Assembly: GCA_012026655.1 (NCBI GenBank)
Contig: JAAILG010000655.1
Coordinates: forward strand, 1-64,000
Length of the DNA stretch: 64,000 nt
Source: Hydrolagus affinis
Lineage: Eukaryota
Direction of reading: 5' to 3'
The notes beneath the pieces were generated by a model. The model worked only from the letters and a program-made list of their open reading frames with translations. It made no database searches and was not told the origin of the DNA. This document shows positions 1 to 13,226 of this stretch, piece after piece. Every line of letters begins with the position of its first letter. Position 1 is the stretch's first letter. Position numbers and translations under genes: made by a program.

Positions 1-388
1 CATGTCTGCGGATCACATCCCCAAGAGGAAGCGTGTGGATGAGGAAAAGGAGGGGGCCAAGGATGGATCCCTGGGGTACCCCACAGGTAACTGGGTGAGT
101 GTGGGAGGAAAAACCGTTTCTGCAGATGTACTGCTGGTGGTTTGTGAGGTAGGACTCGAACCAGGCGAGTGCGGTCCGTCCCACTGAGGTGGATGGCGGA
201 GGGCAGGCGGTGGAGGAGGATGGCGTGGTCGACTGTGTTAAAGGCAGCCGACAGGTCCAGGAGGATAAGGAGGCAGAGGGAATCCTGGTCACAGTTAGAG
301 AGGACATCGTTTGTGACTTTCACAAGCGCAGTCTCTGTACTGTGGGCAGGGCGGAAACTGGACTGGAGGGGTTCGAAGAGGGAGTGGG
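1..388 (-). mobile_element. L2-clade LINE reverse transcriptase fragment, runs off the window start
   Basis: Reverse complement closely matches 50100-50482 and encodes [17 protein letters not shown] and [12 protein letters not shown] motifs. Confidence 0.9.
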
Positions 389-440
389 AGATGACTCCTG
401 ACTGTTCAGCACCTTGGGATGTCCAACACTGGTTGTCCAG

Positions 441-686
441 CACCTTGGGCAAGTTTCCTTACTCCACACTCCTTACAATAATCCGTCCAAAAAAACCACA
501 ATAATAAAAATTGGTCATTTTAATCTACGCCTGTTTGTGGGACGCTGTTGTGCGCAATTGGCTGCCACATTTTCCCCACAAATATACAGGCATTTCACTT
601 TACAGTATATTCTGTGAAGCACTTTGAGACGTTGATAAGATGTGAAAAACGCTATATCAAATGCAAGGATTATTATTATTATTATT
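441..686 (+). mobile_element. 5'-truncated tRNA-derived SINE (SINE2 type with L2-like 3' end) inserted into an L2 3' tail
   Basis: Body matches other copies (11243-11543, 52958-53297). It ends in atcaaatgcaaggat(TTA)n, with TTGGG at both ends (445-449, 685-689). Confidence 0.85.
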
Positions 687-744
687 GGGACGTCCTCCTG
701 ATGTCTATAGATGTAATTTTGTTGTAGGTTTTGTTGTTACCATT

Positions 745-1115
745 TTCCCTTTACATCATCAGGCTGTCTCTTAAATTAAGCCAGCAACGTGGCCACAACC
801 TCCCTTCCTAGTAACCTGTTGCACTTATTGACGCTGCTTTGGGTAAAGACATACTTATTGGTATCTGGCTTGAAAGGCATGAGTTTAAAGTCTCAAAGGG
901 TTAATGTGACCACCGAATAATATTTAATATCTTAATCTGTTTTCAGACCTGAAAGCACTATTCAGTGTCCACATATTTAGTTCTGTTTAAAATTGTATAT
1001 ATCTCTATAAGGCCCCTTCTAAGACGTCATCTTTTAACACTAAAGAATCTTCACATGTCTTGTAGCTCAATCCTCTAATATTGGGGATGATTCATGTTGT
1101 TCCTTTCTGCAAAAC
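745..1115 (-). mobile_element. Highly decayed CR1 LINE 3' fragment
   Basis: Weak resemblance to the minus-strand CR1 copy at 39511-40296. Confidence 0.45.
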
Positions 1116-1894
1116 AAATTGTAAGTGTGAGCGAAGCCACAGTCTTCCATTGCTTAGCCTGTGTCCCAGTCTGCTGTGCCTCCGATGGGTTTGCTATTTA
1201 AATAGCACTTTCATTTTGCATCAGAAGTAAGATTCTAAGAATTTTCAAAATACTTTTGTTAAGTGGATTCATATTTTCTGCACTAAGCACTCAGCAAGCG
1301 ACTTTTACCACAAGAGACCCCGATTCTGGCCTAATCCAGGAAGAGGTGATGGATGTCAGCAGTTATTGACAGCACTTAAGAAGCACAAATGGCTTGAGAG
1401 TTGGTTGTGTTAAACCAGTCCTCAAAGGACAGGAGTGCACTGCACAAAATTCTGCTCCTAATTAGGCCATTTCAGCGCTCTCGAAGACCTAGACCAAAGA
1501 AAGTGACTTTCATACATTCTGTACTGTGGATCTCTCAAAATATAATTGTTCTGAATTTTTCATGCTTTATCTTTAACAATGTGCAGTACATCTAAGAAAA
1601 AACCTTAGCTGGCGTGCATCAGGAACACGACGATGAAAAGCCTACTATAAGCAATATTTGCCTCAACTTACCAAACACGAAACACCCGTTTACTTGTGTA
1701 CTCATATGCTACTATTATATTGACCTGAGTTAAAAAACATTTCTGTTCTAGCAAACTACAAGAATGAATTGCATTATTTCATATTACGTTTTCCAACTTT
1801 TCACTGGCTCTCAATTAAGAAAATTGGTGCCCACTATGGTCACAAAGTGATATTTCATGCTTTTGTTTAGATATTAAACAAAGGTTCTGTCTGC

Positions 1895-2055
1895 CTATTG
1901 ATACTATTTGAAAAGAGAAGCACCAACAATGCAACACATCTCTCATTGGAGTGTCATTTAAGACTATGTAATTCCAAGTCCAGACATGGGGTTTGAACCC
2001 ACAACCATCTGACTCCAGAGGTGATTGTGTTATCACTGAGCCAACCTGAGCCAAG
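1895..2055 (-). mobile_element. 5' head of an old Deu-type (SacSINE1-like) SINE
   Basis: Minus strand reads ggctcagtgataac...ctctggagtcagatggttgtgggttcaaacccc, giving Pol III A and B boxes, and resembles 39372-39510. Confidence 0.65.
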
Positions 2056-2185
2056 CTGCCAGAATAGGAAAGGGTACAGTAGAGTCAATGAAGGGTCAGA
2101 AGTGAGGAAAGGATCCTCTTTCATCTAAGCTTCCTGTTCTCAACTATTAAGAGTAGGGTTAGAGAAACCTCCCAGATTGTAGATT

Positions 2186-2293
2186 TGTCCACAAATATAC
2201 AGTCAATTCACTTTACAGTATATTCTGTGAAGCGCTTTGAGATGCCCAGAAGATGTAAAAAGCGCTATATTAAATGCAAGGATTATTATTATT
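2186..2293 (+). mobile_element. SINE 3' fragment
   Basis: tgtgaagcgctttgagatg...aagcgctatattaaatgcaaggattattatt. Confidence 0.8.
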
Positions 2294-3021
2294 TAATATT
2301 GGACAGCTTGGGATTTGTATCTAGGTTCAATTGCAGTACAGAACTGCTATGAACCACTTGCAACACCAGCAATGCATATGATAAAACAGCCAAAGAATTC
2401 AACAGGATCTTTCCATCTTGTCAAAACCCACTACAAGGGAATCTGTTTAAAAATTTATTTTAATGGACATGGTTAACAATAGAATAGTAACATAAGTATA
2501 AGGACTTGATCATATACCCTATTTACAAATAAAGTCAGTTACCTGATAAGAATATTTTCAGTGAATACAAACCCTGTTCTTTTAAAATAAAGATTCAAAG
2601 CTGAAAATATATCTCTAAATAAGTCTCTATGAAATGCAGGCATATTAGAGTTGAGCAGCAGTTCGTCTGTCCGCCGAGAAAGCTGGAGGCATTTTTTTCC
2701 CAAGGATTATGTCATGCACTTGTCAATTTGTGTTTTAAAAATATGAAACATTATTTATGTGTTGCTTTACTTGGTTTGTTTCACAGATCAAATGTGGGGA
2801 AAATTCCTTCTATCTGGACCTCTCCCTGGAGTCTTTGTTAATTTCTGAACCTAGGTTTTGCATTTCCGCAATCATGATCTGCTGCAGGGGAATGACTTGC
2901 TAGTTCTAATGGTAACTTCTTCCCACGTAAGTGGTTTAAAAAGAAGGGGGACTATCACATTCTTAGAGCAATCAAGGATGAACAATAAATGCTGGTGATG
3001 GTAGAGTTACCCACATGATAG

Positions 3022-3362
3022 GGTCATAGAATAAAATACATTTGCAGCACAGAAGGAGGAAATTGGTTTGCACCAGCTTTCAGAGGAAGGTGTTAATAGA
3101 ATCCTGCTATCCAGTTTTACCCCTATACCCCTTCAAGTCTAAATCCTTCATAAAACAATCGGATTCCTTCTTCAAACCCACAATGGACTCTGCCTCCACT
3201 ACCTTACTTGGCAGGCTATTCCACATCCCAACAACTCTCTGAGAGAGAAAATGTCCTAAACTCTGCTTTAGGTCTTCTCATGATTATCTTACAAGTATGG
3301 TCCTCCCCAAGTGGCGGAAATTCCTTCTCTCACTTTACCCTATCAAAACCCTTCATAATTGA
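3022..3362 (-). mobile_element. CR1 LINE 3' end
   Basis: catagaat tail and body similar to 39511-39900 and to the reverse complement of 28140-28505. Confidence 0.7.
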
Positions 3363-3388
3363 AGCCTGAGAAATGCTCCTTTGAATCC

Positions 3389-3845
3389 AACAACAACAAC
3401 TTTGATTTATATAGTGTCCTCCAAGCTGGACGGCATCTCAGAGAGCTTCACATTAACGGATCCCAGGATCAAGCCACGGGCAGGGGCAGAAAGGTGACCA
3501 AAGACATGGTCGAAGAGAAAGGTCTTCAGTCGACACCTGAAACTAGGAAGAGAGGGGGCGAGGCGAAGGGAGTGAGGAAGGGAGTTCCAGAGCCTCAGGG
3601 CGTAGTGGCTGAAGGCACGGCCACCAATGGTGGAGCGGAGGATTCGGGGGACAAGGAGGAGGCCAAATCCACTGGAGTGAAGGCAACGGGTGCTATTTTA
3701 TGGAGAGAGGAGGTCACAGAGGTAGGGGTCTGCAGAGGAGTGGAGAGATTTGAAGAGAAGGGTGAGGATCTTGAAATCAATCCTCTCCGGGACAGGGAGC
3801 CGGTGAGGGACCAGAGGAAGGAAAGACAGTTGGGGGTCGATCCTG
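3389..3845 (-). mobile_element. L2 LINE 3' end
   Basis: (CAA)n tail. Minus strand encodes LPVPERIDFKILTLLFKSLH. Close to 62740-63160 and 51100-51349. Confidence 0.9.
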
Positions 3846-6029
3846 GTATGGTTACAGGTCACCCAACACTGGAGAAAATATGTGTACATCTGTAATACTG
3901 TGATTCCTGTCATCTTTCCACCATGTGGAAGGTCATCTATCTAGCAAGGTACTTTGTGAAGCTGTATTTCCAAGCATTATTTGAAGAAATACAAATTATC
4001 CATTTTAACCAAATAATTCAGAATTTAATTCAGATTACAGGAAGCTGGAAGACCAGTGAATTGCATTATGGCTTTTGTGCCAATGTTAACAGTGTTTGTG
4101 ATGGTGGTGTGTGTGTGGGGGGGGGGTGGGGATGAGGGGACGGAGGAAGTGGAGAGCCCAGAATACCTGTGTGCAGTGGATAACTGATGCATCAGCATGT
4201 GATTTTGGACCATCAGTGTTAATGAACATTTCGCATGTCATGCTTTGCACCATGTAATCATATTTTACATTGAAAGAAAAGTACCAGATATGCAATTTCA
4301 TTTTCTTGCAATTTCTTAGTTTAATCAGTGACTACTGCAAGAAAAGCATTTTTCCATCATTCAATGCAATTCACTCATTCGGCTCAGTGAATAGCATCCA
4401 TTTATAAAATTACCAGTTTTGCTGAACTTACATTAAAAAAAATGAAGATGAGAGCTGCAAAGGAGGCACAGTGCTCGAGGGCACAACTTTACAATGAGGC
4501 TATAAAGTGAAAGAGACTGTTTGTTTGATTTTGATTCATTTTTAAAGTTCACCAGTTCTACATAGCTCAGTGAAATGGATACACAATGCAGCACATAGGC
4601 TAGCACACAACAACGCATTAAGGGCAGAGTGTGGGGTGGGTATTCTGAGGTTGAATTATAATGATCCAAATGGATTTCATCCAAACCTCTCTTGTGATCT
4701 TTTTGAGGATTTGAACTGTAACTCAGCTTCATTTCCTAGTCATTCCTAGGTAAGCGATGGCTTCATACCTTTTCCAAGTTGTTAAACTTCCATCAACTAA
4801 ATAGCTTGAATATTGTAGCGGCTCTTTGTAGAGAAGTGCGTGAGGCAGATGTTCAACAGTTCAACAGAGACACATGCATGCACAAAAGCTTCAAATATGC
4901 CAATGAATACTCCAGCTGGCAGAGTAACCAACCAGATTCCTCGTCCTGTGACCTTCTAAAGCAGCTTAGTTTTACATTGCTACAGACAGCACAGTTAGGT
5001 TTCCCTAATACCATGCCTAGTTAAACACTTTTCTCTAATCCTCATTGTTATCTGTTATTTACAATATTAAAAACATTGCCTGTAACTGGATGCAGTTCGG
5101 AAAGTTATGCACAGTATTCGATAATTAATAAACAAGTAACATTTCCAACACAGCTGGTTCCAGAATATAGCACCATGAAATGTTGGTCTTGATTCCCCAC
5201 ACAGTGGAAGTTCCCAGTCTCGGCCGAATGCCAAGTCACTGTGGATAGATGAGATGCTTTCTTGTAAGTAAGAGTGAAAAGCTGAAGGATGAATTACCCT
5301 GGGTGCCTTTCATACATCTTTCAGCAATTAGCTGCTGCATGGTAATAATACAGACTGGGAAGTGAATCTTTAATACTGTTTATGTGCTTTAATGAGTAAG
5401 AGATTCATCCTGTTGCTCCCCCATCTAACATTGCTGTCCAGCCTCGGTCTGACATTCATTTTTCAGTCAGTCAATACTAGCTAGAATGATGGTCTCTTCA
5501 TTGTAAATAATTCTTCAAATAAAATGTTTAAAAATAAATGCAAAGTATGCGATTAGGATTGATGTTACATGGAAATTATATTTAAAAATTGAAAGTCAAA
5601 CGTATAACTTATTTCAGCACAGCTTGTAAAATGCTGCAGTCTATTTATAATCAGAGTTAACATATGTTGTTTACAAAAAACAATTAATTACAACACATGT
5701 ATTCAATAGAAGAGCGAGCTTCGATTTTTACTACTCAAAAGTATTATTTGTCAAATAGGTTGCATCCAATTTGATCTGCATTAGTAGGTTTTATTCAAGG
5801 ATTACTGAAATTAATATCCAAATGTCTTGTTGGAGACGGTGTAGTTCCAGAATGCAGCAGCATGGAATGGTAGTATCACCATCAAAGTGACTAATTTAAA
5901 CTGGACCATATGATGGTGAGACATAATGCAAAACTGGGTGTTTCCTTACCTTATTGCATGCCCCAATAACTACTTCTCAATTGGAATCAATACAACCTGA
6001 CAAAAATGCTCAGTTAATCCTCTGTCAGA

Positions 6030-6535
6030 TAACAAAAACAAAAATACATTTGTATAGTGCTTTTCAGGACGGTAGGATGTCTCAAGGCGCTGGACAGTCA
6101 TTGTTTCAGACACTGACTGTCCGGGATTGGGGAGGGCAGAGGGAAGTGTGATGGGTGTGGGGTGACTAATGGCACGGGTTAAGCAGATTGTCTTGAAGCA
6201 GGACCTGAAGGAGGCTATGGAAGGGATGAGGCAGAGGGATTGTGGGTTGGAATTCCAAGGGTTGGGAGCAGAGTGGCTGAAGACTTGCCTGCCGATGGTG
6301 GGGTAGGTGGGTTGGGGAGCATCAAGCCAGAGCCCACTGAGCAGAGGGAGCAGCCAGATTGGTAGGAGGTTAGGATGCTGCAGAAGTAGGGTGGGGCAAG
6401 GCCATGGAGGGCTTTAAATGTGAGGACCAGGATTTTGAATTGAATCTTCTGAATGATGGGAAACCTATGGAGTCAGACGTAAATGGGGGGATGGGGTAAT
6501 GGAGCTTGATGTGGGAGAGGACACGGGCTGCAGCC
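6030..6535 (-). mobile_element. L2 LINE 3' end (older copy)
   Basis: Tail aacaaaaatacatttgtatagtgc, and body similar to 18000-18540. Confidence 0.85.
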
Positions 6536-9500
6536 GGGCATTGGCATGGGTGAGATAACGGTGTGTTGTACACAGTGGATGAGCCTGAAGTGGAAAATAC
6601 AGTAATTCTTGGCTGCATTTAAAAAAAAAATTATACATATGTGTAACTCAACACTCCTGATAATTTGTCAACAAGTGACTCAGGGAAACCCTGATCCTAT
6701 GTAAAAATTCATTATATGGAGTTACAGCTATGGTCTGGCAGCCAAATATCAAGGAACCAGTTACAATATATGGTTGTTTTCTTTCGCTTGTAAGCTGCTG
6801 ACAAGGAGGAGCAGTAGATACCTGGGAACAGAGGCTGGGGAGCAGCATGTTGTGTGTTGGGCAATCTCCATAAAACACTGAACCAACTGTCTGTGCTCCA
6901 CAAGACACAAGAGAATCAAAAGTGCTCATAAAACTCCTATTACTTGGTTGGAGAGTGGTTATAACAGAGAGCTGGGGACAGGTTGCCCATTGCACTATTG
7001 GTCACAGAACAATACCAGAGGAGAGCTTGTGAAAACCGCAAAGTTTTCATAGGTTACTAAAATCGTGCACATTTTCTGTTTGTGCGTTCATCTGAACCTC
7101 AACAATACCAAGGCACAGAAATTCACTACAACCATTGATAAGGGCTGAAAGTATAACATTAGTTATACAAAATGTGGTTCTCTTTGCCTGAACATTCAAT
7201 ATCTTATGGCACTATTCAAAAAGACAAGGGAGTTTATGTTGGTATCCAATAATTGCCCAATATTAAAACTTACCATTAATTTTATGGCTGTTTGGGTTCT
7301 TTGCTGTGTGCAAATTTGCAGTTGCATTTGTCTGCAAAAGATGCAGTCACTGCACTTTATAATAAATGATGTGAAGAGCTTTGGTATATATTAAAAATAT
7401 GGTGAGGTAGTATATGTAATGCAATGATTATGTTCTGGGATGTAAAGAGCAAGAGCAATATCATGTAGTTTCAGTTCAGCTGATCATTGTTTCTCAAGTT
7501 CTCTTTTGAAGTAATTTATCATAATAAATCGATTATGATTGCTGATATGTTTTTGAAAAATTGAACAGAATTTGGTGTTATAAATCAATCTAAACTTTGC
7601 ATAAATCAGCATATGTTACTATTTAAAAACATTTGCTCTTAGAGAAATGTGCTTCATTTGCACCTCCAAAACACTTATTTTTGGTAAAAGTATATAAAAA
7701 TGGCTTTTTACCTCACTGTAATATTAACATATTAAAATATATTAATTTCAATTTTAACTGCTCTCTGAAATAAATTACATGCAACCAAATGAATAATGAT
7801 CAAAACATGTCAAGAATTAATCCATTCATTCTGAAGATGTTCACTTGCATTTTTAATTGTTTACTATTTTTCAGATGGTTCTGACTGGATTCTTCTAATG
7901 TGTGCTCAAAATTTTAAAAGGTCACCGAATTATGCAAATGTTTAAATTCCACCTTAATTCAGGAGACACTTTTTTACAGTTCTTAAAAAGACTGAATTGA
8001 ATGATTTTCTACAATTCTGCACAATCATAAATTAAAAAAAAATTAATTTTACAGGCTGAGCATAGGTGAAATTTCACACCATATTTCTTGAGGGATTATT
8101 ATCCGGCTTGTGGAGTGAGGAAACTTGCGGCATTTCTGGTTGGAAAGAAGGGGCAAGAAATTCCTTTAAATAAATTTCTCCCAAAAGTATTATATAACCT
8201 CCAGGTTTAGCAGTAAAAAAAACAACTAAATTGAGTGTGTGGTACGCAACCTATGATTCACGATGTTTTGTGGATTTTAAAGTAAACATTTTATTCCATA
8301 AAGAATATAATTGCATCTTAATAGAAAGTACAAATTGGAATCAAAGAGAAAAATAATGGATGACTGAAAAACTGTGAGAATTCATTGCAACCATATAATG
8401 GAGTTCGTTGATAATTGTTCGAAATGTATATATATTTGTGTGTATTTAACATTTCACACCCATACCCAAAATAAAATATTGATGGTTTGGATGTTTTAGT
8501 TTAAGCTTTCAAATATTTGGCTAGTCTATCCATCAGTAAATGCAATCTATTTGTGGGCCCTGACAACTAATGTATTTATTCACATATCCCACTTCCCAGT
8601 TTGGTAGATGTGGTTAAAATAAGGTTACTTCCACTTCCAAAAATGGAAACGAAGGTAAGAAGAAAGATTAGTAAAAGATTTAAAGTTAAAATAGGTGCAA
8701 AATATTATTTTACGTAAAGGGTTAAATAAAAATAGGGGAAGAAATAGAAAATACAAAGAAGAATGGGGTTTCACTGTGAGCGTATGCTTTATTATATTTA
8801 ATTTAACATTTCAATAAGGTTAACATTTTAGCTGAAGAAAACCAATCTCTAATAGCTTTGTTGCTTCTATATTAGTGTTATTTTCAGTGGCTATGAAGAG
8901 CTGTCAACATATTGGCAATAGGTCATGCTTCATAAATCTACTTGATGTATCATCTTGTCTGTCATTGTAGACAATAAGAGAAGGGTCTGTGCAAGATCTG
9001 GTAGAGGCTCATACCATATTCACTGCAATAAAGCACGCTGTAGACACCTTCCCCTAGAAAGCAACTGGTGGTGGGTTCTCATTGCTGCTGAGATACACAT
9101 TCCTCCCCCAGCTTTGCTTCACTTGTGGGTGGATCAAATGAAGACTGAATGAAGATAATGGGATTCAATGGGCAATATCCACAAAATAGATTTCTTGAAA
9201 AATCCTGACTTTCAGTTTGTGATTATCGGGAACCGTTTGAGATGTGAGATTCACAAAATGACTATTTCTGAACCCAAACGGCGATAAAATGTAAAGGTCT
9301 GAACACAATGGGATGTCATGGATGAATTTTTCTGTGTATTTATTTTAATAGATAAGCGATACTATTACAACAACAACAAAATTATACTTGTATACAGCTA
9401 ACCTAATGTTTAAATAGCTTTGTTTAGTCACAGTTTAGTAATGTTGATCATTTATAAAGAGTGATTGACAGGCCGTGTCTATATCATATGTGTCTTGTAG

Positions 9501-11242
9501 GTGCTGTGAATTGCCATATCAGGATTAGGGCAGGGAGACACACTACTCAGCTTAATTGAAGATGTGCAACCAAAAAAAAACAATTAATGTGCACTTTATT
9601 ATGTGCTAAGGACTCTATAGATCATCGTAGAATCAATAGGAGTGCTGGGATTGGCTCTTTGTAAAACCCACTGATATTTTCACTCAGATCAGTCATTTTA
9701 GAGTTCAATTTGCAATATTTCTTAATGAAGAATCCCATTAGAATTCCCATAAAAATTCATCCTAAAGTAGTTCACATTGAGTGTCTTGCAACTGGCTATA
9801 GAAAGGAACCCCTGTTTGTGTGACTTGATTCCTTAAAATCCCATGAAGTAAAATCGCAATGTAACCTCAAAATTCATAGAATTTCACTTTCAATCAGATC
9901 TAGTGGCAATATTGAATGCGATGTTGTGGATTTATCTGTTTTTACTATGCCAGTGAATGCTTTAGGAATTACTGCTTCCTCACTCCAAAAGTAAGAACCA
10001 CCATCCATGAAAAGATTACTTTTGAAATTATTTCTTAAACATTCTTCGACACTGAAGCAACACTGGATGTTGGGCCACATTGCAATCATGTTCAAAATGT
10101 GATTTCGAAGGAAACCAAACTTTGCTGTGTTTTGCCTATATTATTGGAAATGTTTATGGATGTACACCTGAGGCTGCTAATAAAATGTTGACTTGTGTTT
10201 TGAACACAAAGCATCGATGGGTTGGAGAAATCATATTCAGTTAGAATCATTCAATTCACATGGTTACATTGTAGGAATCACTTCCCCATGAGCGCCATCA
10301 GATCTGTAGAAAGAGAATGCAATATTTTGAACACAGTGATTTTCTGATTGCAAAACGTTTTTGTAATGGTGACCGTTTGTCACTTTACATTGAAGACAAG
10401 ATAGACCAGTGACATCTGTATGTACCCTGTTTCCAAATACTATTCTGCAAAATTCATTGCATTGCTCTTTGTATCTTCCTTAATGGTTTCTTGATATATT
10501 TTCAAGCACAGTGAAATTTCCAAAGCTAATGTTCTGGCTTAATGTACTTTAAGAGTTTCTGGAGCATGATGACAGAAACAGGCTCTGAGAGCTCTCAATG
10601 TCACTTTGCTGTAACTGGCTCTGCTTTTCCTATGTTTAATGTTTCAGTGGTGTCACTTCCAGCACAATATTAAATATACCTCTGTGACAGTGAATGGCTG
10701 TCAACTGCTCTGCTCAATGTAGCCTTTGCCGCAGGAGTGATTTATTTGTTTGTGTGCATTTCAATTGAAATTTAGAGCATTTTAGAAGCATATTTTAAAA
10801 TTATGCGTCAAACATTATCACAACACTTTCAAACATATCAAAGACTTTTCTTATTCAAAAATTCTGATATTTTGAAGGCAATTGATTCCACTGCATGGGT
10901 TTTAGATGTGAAGCACCATACACAAATATGTTCTTGCACTGCAAACTGAATGTTAATGAACACTTAAATAGTTATGAATGCAATTAAACTTGTCACAAGC
11001 TGGTACTGTCTCTTACACTTTTAAGTGTCATAGGATGGAATGGGATTTTACTGAAAATCTGCAAAACCTGAAGGCAATGTTCTCCCCGCACCCCCTCAAA
11101 GGTATATCTGCATGACAGAAAATTTAGGTTCTATTTCTCTGATTTCACAAACTTAAGCAATGAAATCTACAATTTTGGATTTTGACAAAGGCTGACTAAA
11201 CATGAAGTATTCAATTGTCGTCTGAGTAGAGATATAAACTAG

Positions 11243-11543
11243 AATAATAATAATCCTTGCATTTCATATAGTATTGTTTACGTCTTCTAGATGTCTCAAA
11301 GCGTTTCACAGAATATACTGTAAATTGAAATGACTGTATAATTGTGGGCGAAACGCAGCAGCCAATTGCGCACAGCGGTGTCCCACAAACGTTGTGGATT
11401 CAAATGACCAATTTGTTTGAGGGATTAATATTAGGCATATGGAGTAAGGAAACTTGCCCAATGTTTTGCCCTGCCTGGAATTGAACCCAGGTCTCTCGCT
11501 TGTAAGGTGAGTTCTCTAACCACTGAGCTACGGGCTTCCACTA
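11243..11543 (-). mobile_element. Near full-length tRNA-derived SINE
   Basis: A box TAGCTCAGTGG, B box GGTTCAATTCC, central gcgcaattggctgc block, L2-like 3' end and (TTA)n tail. Confidence 0.9.
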
Positions 11544-13071
11544 TTAAGTTTGCAGAATAATTTCAGTCAAGGTTGTAAGCCAGCAATTTGTTACTTCAGC
11601 ACTTATAATAATACCTGTTTCTGTATTTTGTTCAAGAGGGATGGGGCTCTGTCTGCAAGAGTCCATGCAAAAGGTTGTTGAATTGAAACAATGGAGATTC
11701 TTCTGTGATATTCTGACTGAACTGCACCATTGATGGATAATTTTTGGGTGTTCCCAGTCATCAAGATCACTTTCCTCTGGTGCCACAAAGATTGATCACA
11801 TTTTCCAAAAAGAAATCAAAAGATAATTAATGACTGGAATGGATTCCTAGGAAGGGTAGTTGGGGGCAGGAAACTAGATCCATTTTAAAAAACTTGATGC
11901 TACAATGAGAATATGGTAAAGTGGGTATTCTGGAATAATGAAAAGGGCTAAAGGAGTTTTTAAATCTGTTATAGTATATTTCGCATCAGGAGGATATCTC
12001 AAAATACTTTACACTATTTATGGTAGAGTGCAGGAACTGCACAGTTTGAGTTCGATAGGTGAGCTGTCTGGCTTCAAGCGTTCTGGGGTGCCACCTGGTG
12101 CTCTAAGGGGCGCTATATAAGTAATACATGCAAGTTCCTCATTCAATTCAAGTGAGTTAAGTGAAGTTGGCTTTTAGGATTGTAATTGTAACAACACTGT
12201 ACCAGCTTTATTTCAAGTTATGGAGAAATAGCTCTGCATTTTTTATTTTGAAAGTCATTGATTCTGCAGAACTGTGAGTGGCCAGAGGAGGTGCTTAAGA
12301 AGCACACTGCGGTAGCAATGAATATTATGCATGGTGTATTCCCTTCATGGTCTACACTAAGAGTTCCTGCAGCAAAATTCTTTTCTAAATGAAAGCTGAC
12401 CTTTCACAGTATCTTACCCATGTAGGTAGATTCTAAACAGCCTTTAACAATTATAATTGCACAGGCAGCCTGGAAGCACTGAAGTTAAAACAAGTCATCT
12501 TGAAGGCAAAACAAAGTACGTAAAAGTGTAGATAGCATGTAGATAAGCAATACCTTTATTACTCAAGCCACATGTTTTGTGAAAAAGAATAACATAATAC
12601 AAATGTGCTCTCTGATTCAAGTACCAACCTGAAATCGCTTGGTCATTCTCTTTTGGATTGACAGATTACCAGGCAGTAAACTTCAAGTCTTTTTAAAAGC
12701 AATTTTCATCCTATTTATAAATGGCATTAATGCACAGAAAGTCAGCCACAAATCAATTACAATACAATTGCACTTTGGCTACATATACATTTCTAGTGAC
12801 AGCCTTCCCACAATGGAGACATTCTGTTCATTTGGTTACAACATTGATTTCTCTGCTTACAATGAATTTGATTTCAGAGCTATTTTAAAATTTCCAGCCG
12901 TGAAGTCTGGAAAATTCCAGAGATTAGCCGTGTGAGTCATGAGAATCGTCCTGTTGTATTAAACTAACTATTCTGGCACTTTAATTTGGTCAGATAAATA
13001 TCAACTATAACAATATGTATAGAAATATAAGGTTTTGTATTGTAGAGACAGATATTGATCATATTGTCGCA

Positions 13072-13226
13072 CAAGGCCGTGGAGGGCTTGTCTCCAAAAC
13101 CCTCCATTGTCTTGCCTCCTTCCTACCTCTGTGACCAGCTCACCTCATATCAACCTGTCCCCTACCTCCCTCTGGGACATTCTCCCAACGTGAAAGGCAT
13201 TATATAAATGTAATCTGCTGTTGTTA
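13072..13226 (+). mobile_element. Internally deleted L2 3' fragment with a short fold-back at the 5' junction
   Basis: cctacctctgtgacc...tgggacattctcccaacgtgaaaggcattatataaatgtaatctgctgttgtt. Confidence 0.7.

Noticed and set aside
3359-3895. 178-aa plus-strand ORF
   Set aside because: Antisense frame of a GC-rich L2 3' end.
7850-7925. Strong plus-strand acceptor tactatttttcag|ATGG
   Set aside because: No good donor or extended frame follows, and such acceptors are frequent in AT-rich DNA.
12085-12125. CTCF-like gccacctggtgc and TATA-like ctatataag
   Set aside because: It lies in what looks like a decayed L2/SINE 3' stem-loop tail, where gcgctatataa is part of the element.
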